A stretch of DNA of 54,263 bases, filler included, from Bipalium vagum (lineage: Eukaryota): NCBI GenBank assembly GCA_037834085.1. It is 3 parts of 3 records of this genome, joined end to end, with 100 filler letters (N's around TTAATTAATTAA, not from the genome) between each part and the next. Parts side by side here need not be neighbours in the genome. Positions count along the whole stretch, not along the records: positions 1 to 20,896 come from JBBMKC010244912.1; positions 20,997 to 36,590 come from JBBMKC010157568.1; 1 more part is not named here. One strand, written 5' to 3'. Below the pieces are notes generated by a model, which had not been told where the DNA came from, made no database searches, and saw only the letters and a program-made list of their open reading frames with translations. Shown piece after piece: positions 12,216 to 24,795 of the stretch; positions within the stretch are counted from its first letter, which is position 1; every line of letters begins with the position of its first letter. The position numbers and the translations under genes are program-made.

Positions 12216-14049
12216 TTTGAAATAAATCTCAGTTTTAGTTTTTTTGTAATAAAGTTTTAAATTTTGAGTCTTAAATGAGCGCCAAAATCAAACAATGCTT
12301 AACGATGAAATTTCTTTATACAAATAGTGAAACAATTCTGAGAACATTTATCAAAATGATTCCAGAAACATTAGAAGATAGATTAATTGATTTAAAAACA
12401 AAATTATAGCTTGTAGGGTTACCTTGTTGGTATTTGTTGTTTACTCAGTTTCTTGACTGCATAAAATTACACTTTAGTTGAAACTTTACTCAATAGTCCA
12501 CCGATGGTATGTCTTCCATCAGACCATGAAATGATAGGTTTATGGTAACTACCTAAATGCAATTCATAATCAATAGGTTTTTCACAGTATGATATTGCGA
12601 TTCTACACTGTCTTTTAATCTCTTACTTGCTTTTGTTGAATGTTTTTTTAATTTGAGTTTGTTAGGAATACTTTTACTTATGTTTTAGTGTTGATTTCGA
12701 TTGTCATTAAATATTGAAGAGGTTAACCACATGTTAGGGGTCTATTGTACGAGATTAATACATTTTTGTTTCTAGACAGGCTTTACAATGTGAACAAAAT
12801 AAATTAATTCTTAAGTCTTAAGTGCAAATTTTCATTTTAAAAAATAATAGTTCATTTATTCACCATAAAATAAATTATTTAATAATTCAATTTTGATAAA
12901 TGAAAATCAATACGAAATGGGAGCTGAAACTATAGAAAAAATAATCAATAATTATAAAAAAGGACTTCAGATATTGAATTTCAAAGAAATACTGAAATGA
13001 TTATACAGTTCTCACAACCAATAAAAAATCAATACAATAACTAAGATGGTTTATTGCAACAAAAACTTTTTTTTTAATATTAACAATTGCAAACTGAATA
13101 ACAATAAAGTAAAGAAAAGAATAATCTCTCAATTGGAAGATAAGGGAAGAGTCCGCCTGTAAAGAGCTACGTTTCAATGGACTTGTTAGGGGATTGCAAG
13201 TAAAGTACTAAACTTAAGAAATAATTGAAAAATGAAATATTAATTACTTGAATTGATTAGTTCTTATTGATTCAAAACTTATTCGTAACACAGATATCGC
13301 AGTAAAGACGCATGTAAAATTACCGAGGAACAACCATCACTTTACCTTTGATTTTGCTATTTTTTGCTCTATTAAACTACGTTTTACTTACTGAATGACC
13401 TTATCGTATAACGATATATAATGAGATTTACACCATTCTTCAAGAATGACATTATTACACAATTGATGTCATTGCCTGTACATGACTCAAAATTTTGCGA
13501 AAGTTGTTAGAACACGCAAGAATAAGCTCAATGTTTCTCGCTCCCTTGACTATGGCTTCATGTGAAATTCGTTACCATTTACTTAAATTAACAATTAAAA
13601 CTCACTTGATAAATTAATTTTTATATTATTATTATATTATTATCATTATGACCCCATGATGCCCTTATTTAATTTATTATTACTTTTAACATTCATCATT
13701 ATGTTATGAGCTCAGTTTATCAACTATTTTTACTTACAATTTATTTACTTGGTTCTTTTCCTTCACTTATTACGGAAATCCTTACGACAATATTACTTAA
13801 TTTATTTATACATTTTATTAATTTATTAAAAAAAAATCGAAATGACGACCCAAGGATAAAAAATCTTTATTTTTGTGATCAATCTACATTTCCGTTTACT
13901 ATTGATATTATCATAACTAAGGTCACAAAAAATTGACCTAAAAATTATATAAATTGACCGAAAACATTGATTTTATTGAAAATAACAAAAATATATATTC
14001 AAAACAATAACAATATTTATTTCAAGAAAATCATTAGCTTTTGTTCACA

Positions 14050-15120
14050 TACATAACAGGATATTGCTTAATATTTTCTTTTTTAAATTGTCTATCATTA
14101 CATAAAAGCTTTTAAGGATCGAAAATTTTCTTTCGACAGCTGACGTACTCGGCTGACATTTTTGAAGCATATAATAAAGTTCCGGGGAAATTTCATTTCG
14201 ATGTAATTCCATAATTGCCTGTATTTAGTTTTTCTCTAACCTCTTTTCAATATACTTCTTCAGTTCAAAAGGGTTTTCTTCAAACGAAAAAGACTTTAAA
14301 ATATTGAAGACTATTTTAATTGATGACACTAACTGATAATCACAATTTTTTATGAGTAAAAGAATTTACTGATTCAGTAGTTCAGTTTGCATGATTAGTT
14401 TTTTAGCCTGGGTCACTAATAATATTATTTCCTACAAAAGTTTTTACTATGTCTCTAACTTTTGGAAGATTTTGAGTATCAAATAAAGATGCCTCCAACC
14501 AAGTTCCTCAACGTGGTATAATTGGGAACGGAGGTTGTCCATTACATGAAAACATTTGCTGCCATTGTTTATGTTTAATGCATGCAACTTTAACTGACGC
14601 AATTAAGTTATCCACGAAAAAGACGTGGATACAAATATGCAAAAATTTCACTGCACATGTCATATATGTGCAGCATCTGCGAGAAGTAAATAAAATGGAA
14701 TAGTATCATTTTTAATATGAACAATACCACTAGAGTTAATGAATGAATCAAGAAAAGGACATTCACAAGAATACATACGAGAATATTACTACACATATAT
14801 TTCAAAACATCTGATTCATCCATAATTTAAAAAATCTGCTTGTTTTTTACGTAATTTTTTATTCGCTGGACTTCATCATTGTAAACAGCTGATAAGCATG
14901 ATCTACACGTTTCATTGCTAGGAAGAAAAAGTTTTCGAAGAGATTGGTTTTGCAATTTCCATAATGGAATATCAGCATCTATGATTTCTTTTATCATATT
15001 TCTAGTAAAATCCTCATTGTTCTCTAGTAAAAATTGCTGTTTGAAAAAATCTTTGAACTTGTTTTGCTATTATCTTGCAGAAATTTAAATGTTTAATCGT
15101 TGCTCGATGTTTATCAACAA
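14050..15120 (-). mobile_element. Decayed hAT-superfamily (DUF659-like) transposase
   Basis: Fragments across frames: DAA..YMTCA / YPRLF, PPFPIIPR*GTWLEA and PSTSAVERKFS (hAT dimerisation motif). Confidence 0.7.
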
Positions 15121-15889
15121 CAAAATTTTATGACACGTGATGTGACACAAACAAAAAAGGTTAGTTTCATGTGAAATTGAAAATTCGTCCGGATATTTTC
15201 TTTTAATTTCTTCAGTATTATTCATTTAAGATTTTGCAATTTTCGGAATTTTAAATATATAATTATTATTAACATATTTATTGCCTTTATTGATTATATA
15301 ATTTTTGTATTTACTTTATTTATATTATTGACTTTTAACTTTTTATTGATCCTTATTTTTCGACTTATTAATTCTTTTTTGTTATAATGTGTGTATTTAA
15401 AATTTGACTTATTGATTCATTTCTCTCTTTATTTTTGTTTGGTAATCTGATAGATTGGTGTTTTTACTTTTGAATAAATTCGATTATTACACAGAAGCCC
15501 ACTGGCTGAAAACAATATAAATAGAGGTAAAATCAGTTAAAATCAGGAATAATGTCTCAAATATATGTCTTCGTATCTAATAGTCTGTAAGTCGGCAAGA
15601 GTTGATGTTAGCAGTAATAAGTGAGTCGGTAAGAATTAATCGATTCAAAAATTAATAAAAATTTTTACTTGTCTCTGTTCTTTGCAGTTTTTTTGCAGTT
15701 CCGTTGAACTTGTCAACTGAAACTTAATTCTTATGAGAGGGATTCTTTATTTACATCAAAGTAAGAGATTTATACTTAATTTTAATAGAAATCAATAATT
15801 TTGTTATTGTTATGCTCAGATTTAAGTTATCAGATTTTATTAAGGCTAACCCTCAATCATCCTTTTGTGTATTTTAATTTTGGTGATTA

Positions 15890-16320
15890 GAGTGATTTTT
15901 GTGCTCTGAGTGTTTCATAGACCAAGCGGGAAACGATTTGAGCCTCAAGGAAACTTCTAATTTATAATAAAATAAGACTATAATAATTATATAGATTTCT
16001 CCTGGTTTGATCTCTAAAGATTATTGGAATATTCAAATCTGAGATAGCAGACACAAAAACATATGGACACTAAGTTCAAGATTGACTTTATAATTATTTT
16101 AAAACTTATTATCTTTATGTCATATTTAGGAAGTGAAATATCAATATTTGGTTAATAGAGGAAGAATTGACATTCAAAATAAAGGAAGCCTCTATAATAA
16201 AAAAAGACCATTTCTTATGGATACGCGTGAATAAAGGGACTGAAGATCTTAAAAACTTATTCCTTTTTCCGACTCACTACCTGATCGGCCTGGTTCACTT
16301 CTTTATTAATATAGGTGTCT
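15890..16320 (+). mobile_element. Possible hAT (Charlie/ZBED-like) C-terminal remnant
   Basis: Fragments EEL/DIQNKGSL, FLWIRVNK and LFLFPTHYL resemble FW..V...LLPFPTTYL; heavily degenerate. Confidence 0.3.
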
Positions 16321-16458
16321 AAATCTAACGGTTTAAATTGCAATATTACATTGATATTTTAAAATCTTCCTGACATCACAAATCTGAATATTCAATCAAA
16401 TATTGTTAAACTATGGGAATTCAATAAATCATTATAATTTTAAAAATTTTATAATATA

Positions 16459-17065
16459 CAGGGTTTTTACTCTCATTTTGAAAATCTGTCCCTTCATTTT
16501 AAAATAGGAAAATCAAATTTGAATTTATAAACTTAAGTTTTGAAAAAAATAAAATATATTCCTTATTAGTGCATTCTGGTATGAAACTTATCATATCACG
16601 ATAATATGATGCGCAATCACTTAGCGATATTATCATACTAGCATTATTTATAAACTTAATTAAAGTTTCTTCATCTAATGAACACAATTGTCTTTCTTTC
16701 GTACATTACCTTTTAACTAACTATCTACCATACCTTACTACAAATATACCTAAATATAATTTTAATATACCTTTAAATATGTAATTTTTAAAATAAACCT
16801 TTATTACAGCATAAACTGTTGTTAAGTTGATATTTAAAACACCAACTATTTCTTTTTTGATATATCGGTTAAGATACGAATCGTTTATTCGTTTTCTATC
16901 TTCATTTGTGAGCATCAGAGAATGTTTACAATTATTCAAAAAATTTACAAAACGTTTTTAATTACGGATTTAAACGAATTTAAAACTGATTTACATAAAT
17001 TCAAAATTGATTTTCCTACTTTCAAAATGCAGCTTCACAAATTCAAAATGAGAGTAAATAACCTG
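16459..17065 (-). mobile_element. Internally deleted Tc1/IS630-like element (about 607 bp) with HTH remnant
   Basis: TIRs CAGGGTTTTTACTCTCATTTTGAA / TTCAAAATGAGAGTAAATAACCTG, CAG..CTG ends, TA on the left side, and TTCAAAAT subterminal repeats. Peptide LTNEDRKRINDSY...KEIVGVLNINLTTVYAVIKVY is HTH-like. Confidence 0.75.
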
Positions 17066-17501
17066 AATATTAAAACAAGGATTTTAAATAAATTACTTAT
17101 AATTAAATTTTAAATATTTATTTTCCTAAATAATAATATTAACAAAACCACTGCTTTCTAATATAAATATGAGTTTAAAATTTTCAATTCCCATGGTATG
17201 AGTACGTTCCTTATAGTAGAAAAGAATATTTAAAATCCATTAAGAGAACTTCTCGAAAATGTTTTCCGACCAAAAATAGTCGGAGTCATCTGTGCTTTCA
17301 AAAATAATTGATATCCAAATAAAAAAATACTAAAGCAAAAATCATCTGTTGAATTTACCCCCATTTATACAAGGTGATTATCCTGTTGTCCCTTTCTCTA
17401 AAAGCTCAAAAAGTTCAATCAATATCAAAATACCAAAATCAAAACGAAAATTAAAACAGCAACTGTGAAAGGGAACAATTATCTAAATGGCGAGCACAAC
17501 T

Positions 17502-19764
17502 TCATTTCTTCACTAATTTCGGTTTCGGATACGTTGGTGGAGGAACGTTGACGGATTCGCTTGAGTTACTCTGGCGACTGGCGAGCTGGGCGCCAATGTT
17601 TTCAACGGGTTTCACAGGTGGCTTGGATTGAGTGAGGTCGAACGACGATGACAGCAGTTCGACATTGTTTCCGGGTTTTTTGACCTTGAACTCCGAAGAT
17701 CGTCTGATTTCATCCTGCGCCAGTGCCATCGCACAGGCGGCAGCGGGAGACAGAAACGATTTGCAGTCGAAACTGATCGCATTTTCCGAGCTGAGGGGAC
17801 TGATGAATTTGCTGTTGAGTAAGGATTTGTCGATGTGCACCGTGTTCCGGTGTCGAATTACGTTGAGTTCCTCGATTTTCTTCAAACCTCGTAAAGTCTA
17901 AAGGCAAAAATCAATTAGACAAAGACTTGACAGAGGTTCATTCCACCTGCTGTATTTCCTCGTCCCAGGAATCGGTTGTGGGTTCCGATAAATCTGGATA
18001 AATCGTCATGCTGCTTTGGGATTCACGAATTTTGACGGGATTCGAAGGGACTTGCTGAATGCTGTCGTTGTCATTCTCTTCCATTGCTTTATTATCAGGG
18101 GAATTCTTCCCCATATCCAGCTCTATCTCTTCTGAATTCAGTAACACATTGTCGTCATCGTCGCCGATGATGTCATCCACACTTCCCAATGATTTACTTT
18201 CGTTCAGCTCAGAGAGATCAGCAGGATTTTCCATTGACTGACTGAAGCTCCGGTTATCATCTTGACTTATATCATTTTCGCTGTCCACCGACCCCAAGCT
18301 CTTGTGGGACTGAATGTCTTTCGTTTCTAATTTTTGACTGTCCGACGGTGACAGGTTGTAGTTTTTGTGTCTCAAGAACTCTGAATGTTTTTACAAAGTA
18401 ATATTGTCATAGTGATGATACCATTTAAACATTTTGGTACATAAATTCTGAATTGTAACAAATATTTATGCAAAAAGGGGAAGAAAATATGTTCCATTAT
18501 TTATTGAGTAAAATTTCTTAATTAAATATTAATTAATAATTAAAAAAATATTCAAGAATTTTAATTGAAATATCGATGAATAATACATGGCGATTGCACA
18601 AGAAATTTGACCAATGAAAATTGAAATAATTAAGGAAAAATAAAAAGACGATGTTTTTCTATTAAATTATTTTTTCAGACAAAATAATTCTTGTGATATA
18701 AAATTATGAGACATTCGGGCATAAAAAGGAACTCTTAAACATTCTAATAAAACTGTAAATTCGAATTTTAAAATTATAATAAAATTAAATTAAAAAAGTA
18801 AGATTCATAATAAATATAAATATTGAAAATATATCATGTTTTTATAAAAAAATATAATATTTATTAATAAAAACTGAAATAATTTTTAATTAAAATAATA
18901 ATAATAAATAATAGAAATAAATATTAAAGAATAAAAAAATAATTATAAATTACTATTATTAATTTTATTATTACTATATTAGAAAAATAAATATTATAAT
19001 AAAAATTATTCTTTATGTATTAATAAAAATCGTAATAAGATAAAATAATATTATTGAAAGATAATAATTTTTTAAATAACAATTATTAATTTGCATTATT
19101 AAATTAATAATACTTATAATTGATAAAATGATAATTAAATAAGTATTATTAAATATTAATAAGTAATATTAATAATACTTAATAAATTAATTTAAATCAA
19201 ATGAATTAATATTAATAAATAAAAAAAGTTAAAATATAATTATAACAAATTAAAAAATAATAAAAAATAATAGAAATATTAAAATAATTAAAAAAAAAAT
19301 AATAATCGTAATTATTAATTTAAATATGTATAATATTTTTTTATTGAAATATACAACAAAAATAAAAATTAATATTTTTAAATATAAAAAGTATAGAATA
19401 ATAATTGGTATAATAATAATAATAATAAAAAATAAAAAACGAGATAAGAACATTTTTATTTAAAAATAATAATTTAATAAATAATAACAATTCTCTAAAT
19501 AAAAATTCTAAATTATTTTTTCAAATTAATAATTAGTAATAAATTAATAAATGAAATAATAATAATAAAGTAAGTATTACTAAATATTAAAGAGTAATAT
19601 TAATAATAACAATAATTATATAAATTAATTAAAAAAAACTATTATTATTAAATAAAAATATCTAAATAAATATTTATTAATAACTAATAAAAAATAAATA
19701 TTAGAAATATTATAATAAAATTAATGGATAAAGAATTACTTTAGTTTTTAATTTAAATATTAAA

Positions 19765-19809
<45 letters not shown>

Positions 19810-20226
19810 ATGTTTAATTGGAATAAATGAAATTAATAAGAAATATATTTACATTTATATAAAATACCAACGATAATCTTATTAAAAATATTTTAGTAAC
19901 ATTAAAAAAAATAATAACAAAAAATTAAATTTAAAAATTAAAAAAATTAAGAAAAACGAAAATAGTGAACGCTTTCATAAAAAAATGCCACCAAAGGAAA
20001 GTACCCTCTTGACTGCAAATGGAGATAAGTTCATTGGGAATGAGACCGACTTGGGTCGAGCTGGAATTCTCCTTGACCATGTTAAAGAATTGGCCGTTCC
20101 ACCAGTTTTCGTTTATCTTTTTCTTCAGAATGAAAGTGTCACCGTTGGAAAAGGACAACTCCCGACTCTCCTTGGCCACGTAATCCGCCACTGCCACCGC
20201 CAAAATGTTGCAATATTTATCCGAAT
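17502..20226 (-). CDS. 3' exons of an SH3-domain protein, srGAP/ARHGAP4-like (5' part not seen, probably in or beyond the gap)
   Basis: Exons 20226-20005, 18380-17947 and 17897-17502 are phase-consistent. SH3: AVAVADYVAKESRELSFSNGDTFILKKKINENWWNG...GLIPNELI (RELSF as in srGAP SH3 domains). Followed by an acidic low-complexity linker, EEIQQTLRGLKKIEEL, and a proline-rich tail (KPPVKP, PPPTYPKPKL). The SH3 call is confident; the srGAP assignment is less so. Confidence 0.8.
19766..19808. repeat. (TAT)n microsatellite in intron
   Basis: Direct tandem run. Confidence 0.9.
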
Positions 20227-20823
20227 CTGATTGGAGCAAATTGTGAAAAAATATGAAAATTTTACAAAAAAAGAAAAAAAAATTTATAAATAAAAAAAAT
20301 ATAATAATAATAAATTAATTATAAAAAAGAAAAATTATTAATAATATAAAGTTATGGAAATAAAATTAAAAAAATAAACTGAAAATATAAATATAACAAA
20401 TAAATATGAGATAAAAAATCGGAACATTGAAATGGGAACCAAAGCTGATTTTAACAAATGTCTTATCAAAGGTCTTTCAATTCCAAAGTTCAACAACTTT
20501 GTGGCGCTGTTTATCGATTTTCAGTTATGGAAATACTTTCCCCGTGGTTTTTATCATTAAAGTCTCATAGAACTTATCGATCTATCGATATACATTCTGT
20601 CGTGTTGAGTGAACGTTGCAAGGCAACTTAATTTATAGGAAGGAAGAAGAATTTCAGGAATGTCAAAAAAAACTGTAGGATTTCCTTTCAAATACTAAAA
20701 CGTTCTTGGAAAAAGTAACTGACGGACTTCGACCGTCAACGCTGTGTGGGTCCATCCATGACACTGGTGTCGAAAAAGCGTCGTTATGATTGGCAAAGTA
20801 TTCACCACAGACGAAAAATGGTG

Positions 20824-20825
<2 letters not shown>

Positions 20826-20896
<71 letters not shown>
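20826..20896. repeat. (AAT)n microsatellite running into the assembly gap
   Basis: Direct tandem run that ends at the N block. Confidence 0.95.
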
Positions 20897-20996
20897 NNNN
20901 NNNNNNNNNNNNNNNNNNNNNNNNNNNNNNNNNNNNNNNNTTAATTAATTAANNNNNNNNNNNNNNNNNNNNNNNNNNNNNNNNNNNNNNNNNNNN
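20897..20996. other. Artificial 100-bp gap/linker: 44 N + TTAATTAATTAA + 44 N
   Basis: A palindromic 12-mer giving stops in all six frames, centred in Ns; the same structure occurs at 36591-36690. Confidence 0.97.
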
Positions 20997-21199
20997 CTAT
21001 AAATAAATTTATAGTGAAAAATTTTAACATAAAATCTAAAAATAGTAACATTAAGTTACTATAATTAAAAATATAGAAAAATAAAATAATATAAATACTG
21101 AAGTATTTCAGTATTAAAGGACACAACATAAATACGGAAAACCGTCTGAAGCAATCAAGAGGTCAAGAAGAAAACCCAAAAACTCCAGAGAAAAGCAGA

Positions 21200-21320
21200 C
21201 ACTATTCAGAGCCATATTCAGAACAATTCTCAGCCATATTCGGAAAAAATTCTCAATCATATTCGGAACAATTCAGAACAATTCAGAACAACAACAATAA
21301 TCAGAGTAAATTCGGAACTC
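21200..21320. repeat. Degenerate short tandem repeats (ATTC[A/G]GAACA-like units), possibly an LTR fragment
   Basis: TATTCAGAGCCA-TATTCAGAACAATTC...TATTCGGAACAATTCAGAACAATTCAGAACA. Confidence 0.55.
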
Positions 21321-22579
21321 TACGAGAAAAATCTACGAACAATAATCATCCGACTCAGGGTCCAAATTCAAGGAGAAACAACCTTTAGTAATTTATTTTG
21401 TTGCTACAAGTTCATTAGATTTGATTACAAGTCTAAATAAACTTTTATTATTAAATAAATAAATATAAAATAATTCTTGGATTCACACTGTTAGCAGGTG
21501 AACCGATACTCAAATAAAACGAATTATAAGTTATTAATTAAATTAAATAAATACTAAGGATTGGACAGCTACTTCAATACCTTAGGATCAAATAATTGTT
21601 ATCTTTTTTCTTATTTCCCAGTATTTTCTTTTTTTCTGTTCTTCACGTCTAGTAGGACGGAGAACCGAATTTTTATCTGATGGCCCTTGAGAGTAAGATA
21701 CTGAAGGTGATCTGACTTTTCTATTAACTCCTTATCTCGGGTTTTAACTTAAAAGTAAAATTGTATAAAAAAAATAAAGTTGTGAGATTTGTATAAAATA
21801 TATATATTATAAAAAGCAACTTGTTATCTCAGTTAATCGATTGAAAGTTTTTCGTTTATCGATTTAAAAGTTTAAAAGGTTTTGAAATCAGTATCTGTTA
21901 ATAAATTTGAAAAGTTCATTTTTAGTAATCAACATTTTTATTGTCACTCGGATTTTAACTTCGAACGTACGCGCACTAAATCCTTCTGAATTTGCATATA
22001 TTTTATGTTAAGTTCTTAAAAAGACTACTATCATATTTATTTTCATTTTACATAATAAACTATCTTTTTAGGTTTTTAAAACTTAACAAACCTACATGAT
22101 GGAAAAATAAAATTATTGATTTACAATTATTTATTCCAGAACTAACTTTAAATTATTTTAGTAAATTAAAAATAATAATTAGAATAATGGATTGAAAATC
22201 TATTGATGTAAACTTTTTATCAAGACATTGTGAAGAAAGAAATCTTACAGAATTTGATTTTAATAAAAATAATAGTTTGTTTATTCAAAATAAATATTAT
22301 TAAATAAATATTATTAAATAAATATTATTAGAAGTACAACAATATTTTACTCCTGGTTTGTAATATTAAATTCCTGCACTTCCAACTCGTAAAAAATCCT
22401 TGAATAAATGCCCATTTTTCATTAAAGGTTTTGGTTCATTTCATAAATATCAAATAATATTCGTTTTTTAGAAATATATAAATTTTGAAAATTGAAGCTG
22501 TTGTATAATACTTTTGTTTTACATATTTCTAATTTAAATATTTATTAAGCAGATTAAGATATTTAATCGCTTGCTTTAT

Positions 22580-23545
22580 ATAAGCTATTCAAAGTTTCTG
22601 TTGTAACACTTTATTTTTTCGGTGATTTTGTTTTTAAATCGTCAATATTTTTGATTTCAGATTTGTATATCTTATTCTTTAAATGGCCCCATAAATAGAA
22701 GTCAAGAGGAGTTAAATGTGGTGAATGTGGAGCCCATCGAATTGAACTACCTCTTCCAATCCAACCTCAAGCATCGTACATTTGTTGAAAAATGCGCAGG
22801 AGGCTCCATCTTTCTGAAATATCAAAAACCGTACTTTGTACATTTTCCTCACTTCAAACATAAAATAGTCTTGAAGCATTGATAGATAATTTTGGCCATT
22901 AACAGTCTCCTCTTCAAAGAAATACGGACCGATAATTTTATTTTTTGACAAAGCACACTAAATATTTACCTTCGGGGATTTTCTAGCGGTTTCAAAAACA
23001 GCACGTGGATAACTTTCTGACCAATATCTGACGTTATGTTTATTTAGTAAACCTTTTAGGTAAAACGTTGCTTCATCTGAAAAGAAAATATTTTCCTGAA
23101 TATCCACATTCTCTAACATTGGGACCAGGGTTTTGCACATCTCAACTCTGTCTTGCAAATCCTCTTCATGTGATTCCTGAGTAAAATGGACCTTAAAGGG
23201 TCTCAATGATAACTGTTCTCTCATAATTCGATGGGTTGTTGTTCGCGAAATGGCGCAGGTGATTGTAACAGATCGAACACTGCATTGTGGATCACTTTCA
23301 ATAACTTCACTCATCTTTTGAACTTCAATTTCAGTGATCAACCTTGGTCTTCCAGAACATTCACGATCTTCCACCGAGCCAATCTCACAAAAACGATGAA
23401 AAGTCTATCTTATGGCACTTTCACTTGGTGAGGTTTTCCAAAATTCGGCATTTAATTTCCGTTTAGCAGCACAAATTGAGTTGAATTTGGCCATTAAAAG
23501 TAGAATTTTGATTCTAAACTTCAAATCAACCGGTAATTGCTAAAT
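22580..23545 (-). mobile_element. Decayed Tc1/mariner-superfamily transposase, DD41D/rosa (DUF4817-type)-like
   Basis: GSVEDRECSGRPR, FFSDEATFYLKGLLNKHNVRYWS, KVNI*CALSKNKIIGPYFF, FQKDGA and WAPHSPHLTPLDFYLWGHLK, with stops and frameshifts. Confidence 0.85.
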
Positions 23546-24515
23546 CTAATTTTAAAATTTTTTTATCAGAGTATAGATTAAAATTAGCGATGTTAGATAA
23601 AAAATATTGAATATCGAACATTGAATACCAGCGTAATACTTATTTTTCAAATTTCAAATTTTGTATTTCATTGATTATTGCTTTTTCATTATTAATTTTT
23701 TATTGATTTTCATTGATTATTGATTTTACATTGTTGATTTTTTCAATGCGTCAATTTTCTCAATTCTTTGATTTTTTAAAATTTTTTTGATTTTCTTGAT
23801 CACCTAAATTTTCATGATTTTTATAAATTTTATGAATTTTGAAATTTATTAACTAATTATTTTTTAAGTAATAAACATTTTTTTATTATAGAAATGATTG
23901 AAACCAGAGAGGATTTATTTTGTAATTGGATAATACAGAAGCTGTTGCAGAGCAGTTATCCCCTGTCGGCAGATCATGGTACTATTGAACAGCCATCAGG
24001 GATTGTGACCATGATGATATGTCTCATCATACCATGCTGTAAATGTGTTTGTTATTTTATTTAATTAATTTTAATTTAAATAATATAATTAATAGACACC
24101 TTAAATATAATATTATGAGCAAAATCTACTTTCCTTTTTATAATTATATTAATAACTTTTCTTAGCTAAAATCATTGAATAAGAACTTAAATACTAATTA
24201 TAATTATCAGATTATAAATCCCCAAACTATTTCCGATCTTTTTTCTACCTCCTTCAATCATTTTGTACCATACCCTTTTAACTTACATAATGATTTTCTA
24301 CCAATATTCCCCAATTATAATCTCCACCTGGCGTTACCTTATTTTAATTCAAACTTTCCTTCTCCCCAACTTCTTCAATTAAGGACTGATAAAAAAATTA
24401 TGATCAAAGGCCTAACGGTACCCCGATCATTAAAAATAGCTATCCAGAATCAAAACTGAATAGGCTTTCTAAAATCAACCGCTCTGTTGTGTTTGTTAAC
24501 CTTCCTTACCGAAGT

Positions 24516-24795
24516 TATAAGAAGTGATTCGAACAATTAGTTATTTTGAATTTTTGTAAATAAGGACCTAACGCCTAGATTAACAATTATTAAAAGGTTT
24601 TATTTTAAGGTTTTTAAAAATTATAATGTTACGTTTTTTAAATTTTTAAATAAATGTTGGTTAATTTTAAGAAAGCAAATGATTTAATTTTAATAAAAGG
24701 TGAGGTCCAAGTTTGAAAAGTTTGTTTGATTAATCGGATTATTATTATTGCTTCGACTTTGAATTCTTATTTACAAATATTTACTCAAGAATATA
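24516..24795 (+). repeat. 5' LTR of the gypsy element
   Basis: Matches the repeat at 27836 and is followed by a PBS-like motif; the right boundary is inferred from the PBS position. Confidence 0.75.

Noticed and set aside
17632-18241. Plus-strand ORFs opposite the SH3 gene, and minus-strand ORFs opposite p66 exons
   Set aside because: Antisense shadows of GC-richer coding exons.
19250-19453. Hydrophobic small ORFs (also 40949-41248, 51738-52077)
   Set aside because: I/F/L/K/N-rich translations of AT-rich low-complexity DNA.
20941-20952. TTAATTAATTAA palindrome as a biological site
   Set aside because: It is centred in N runs twice; an assembly or pipeline linker.
21200-21320. CRISPR-like repeat array
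   Set aside because: Units are short and degenerate with no unique spacers, no cas genes are present, and the context is eukaryotic.
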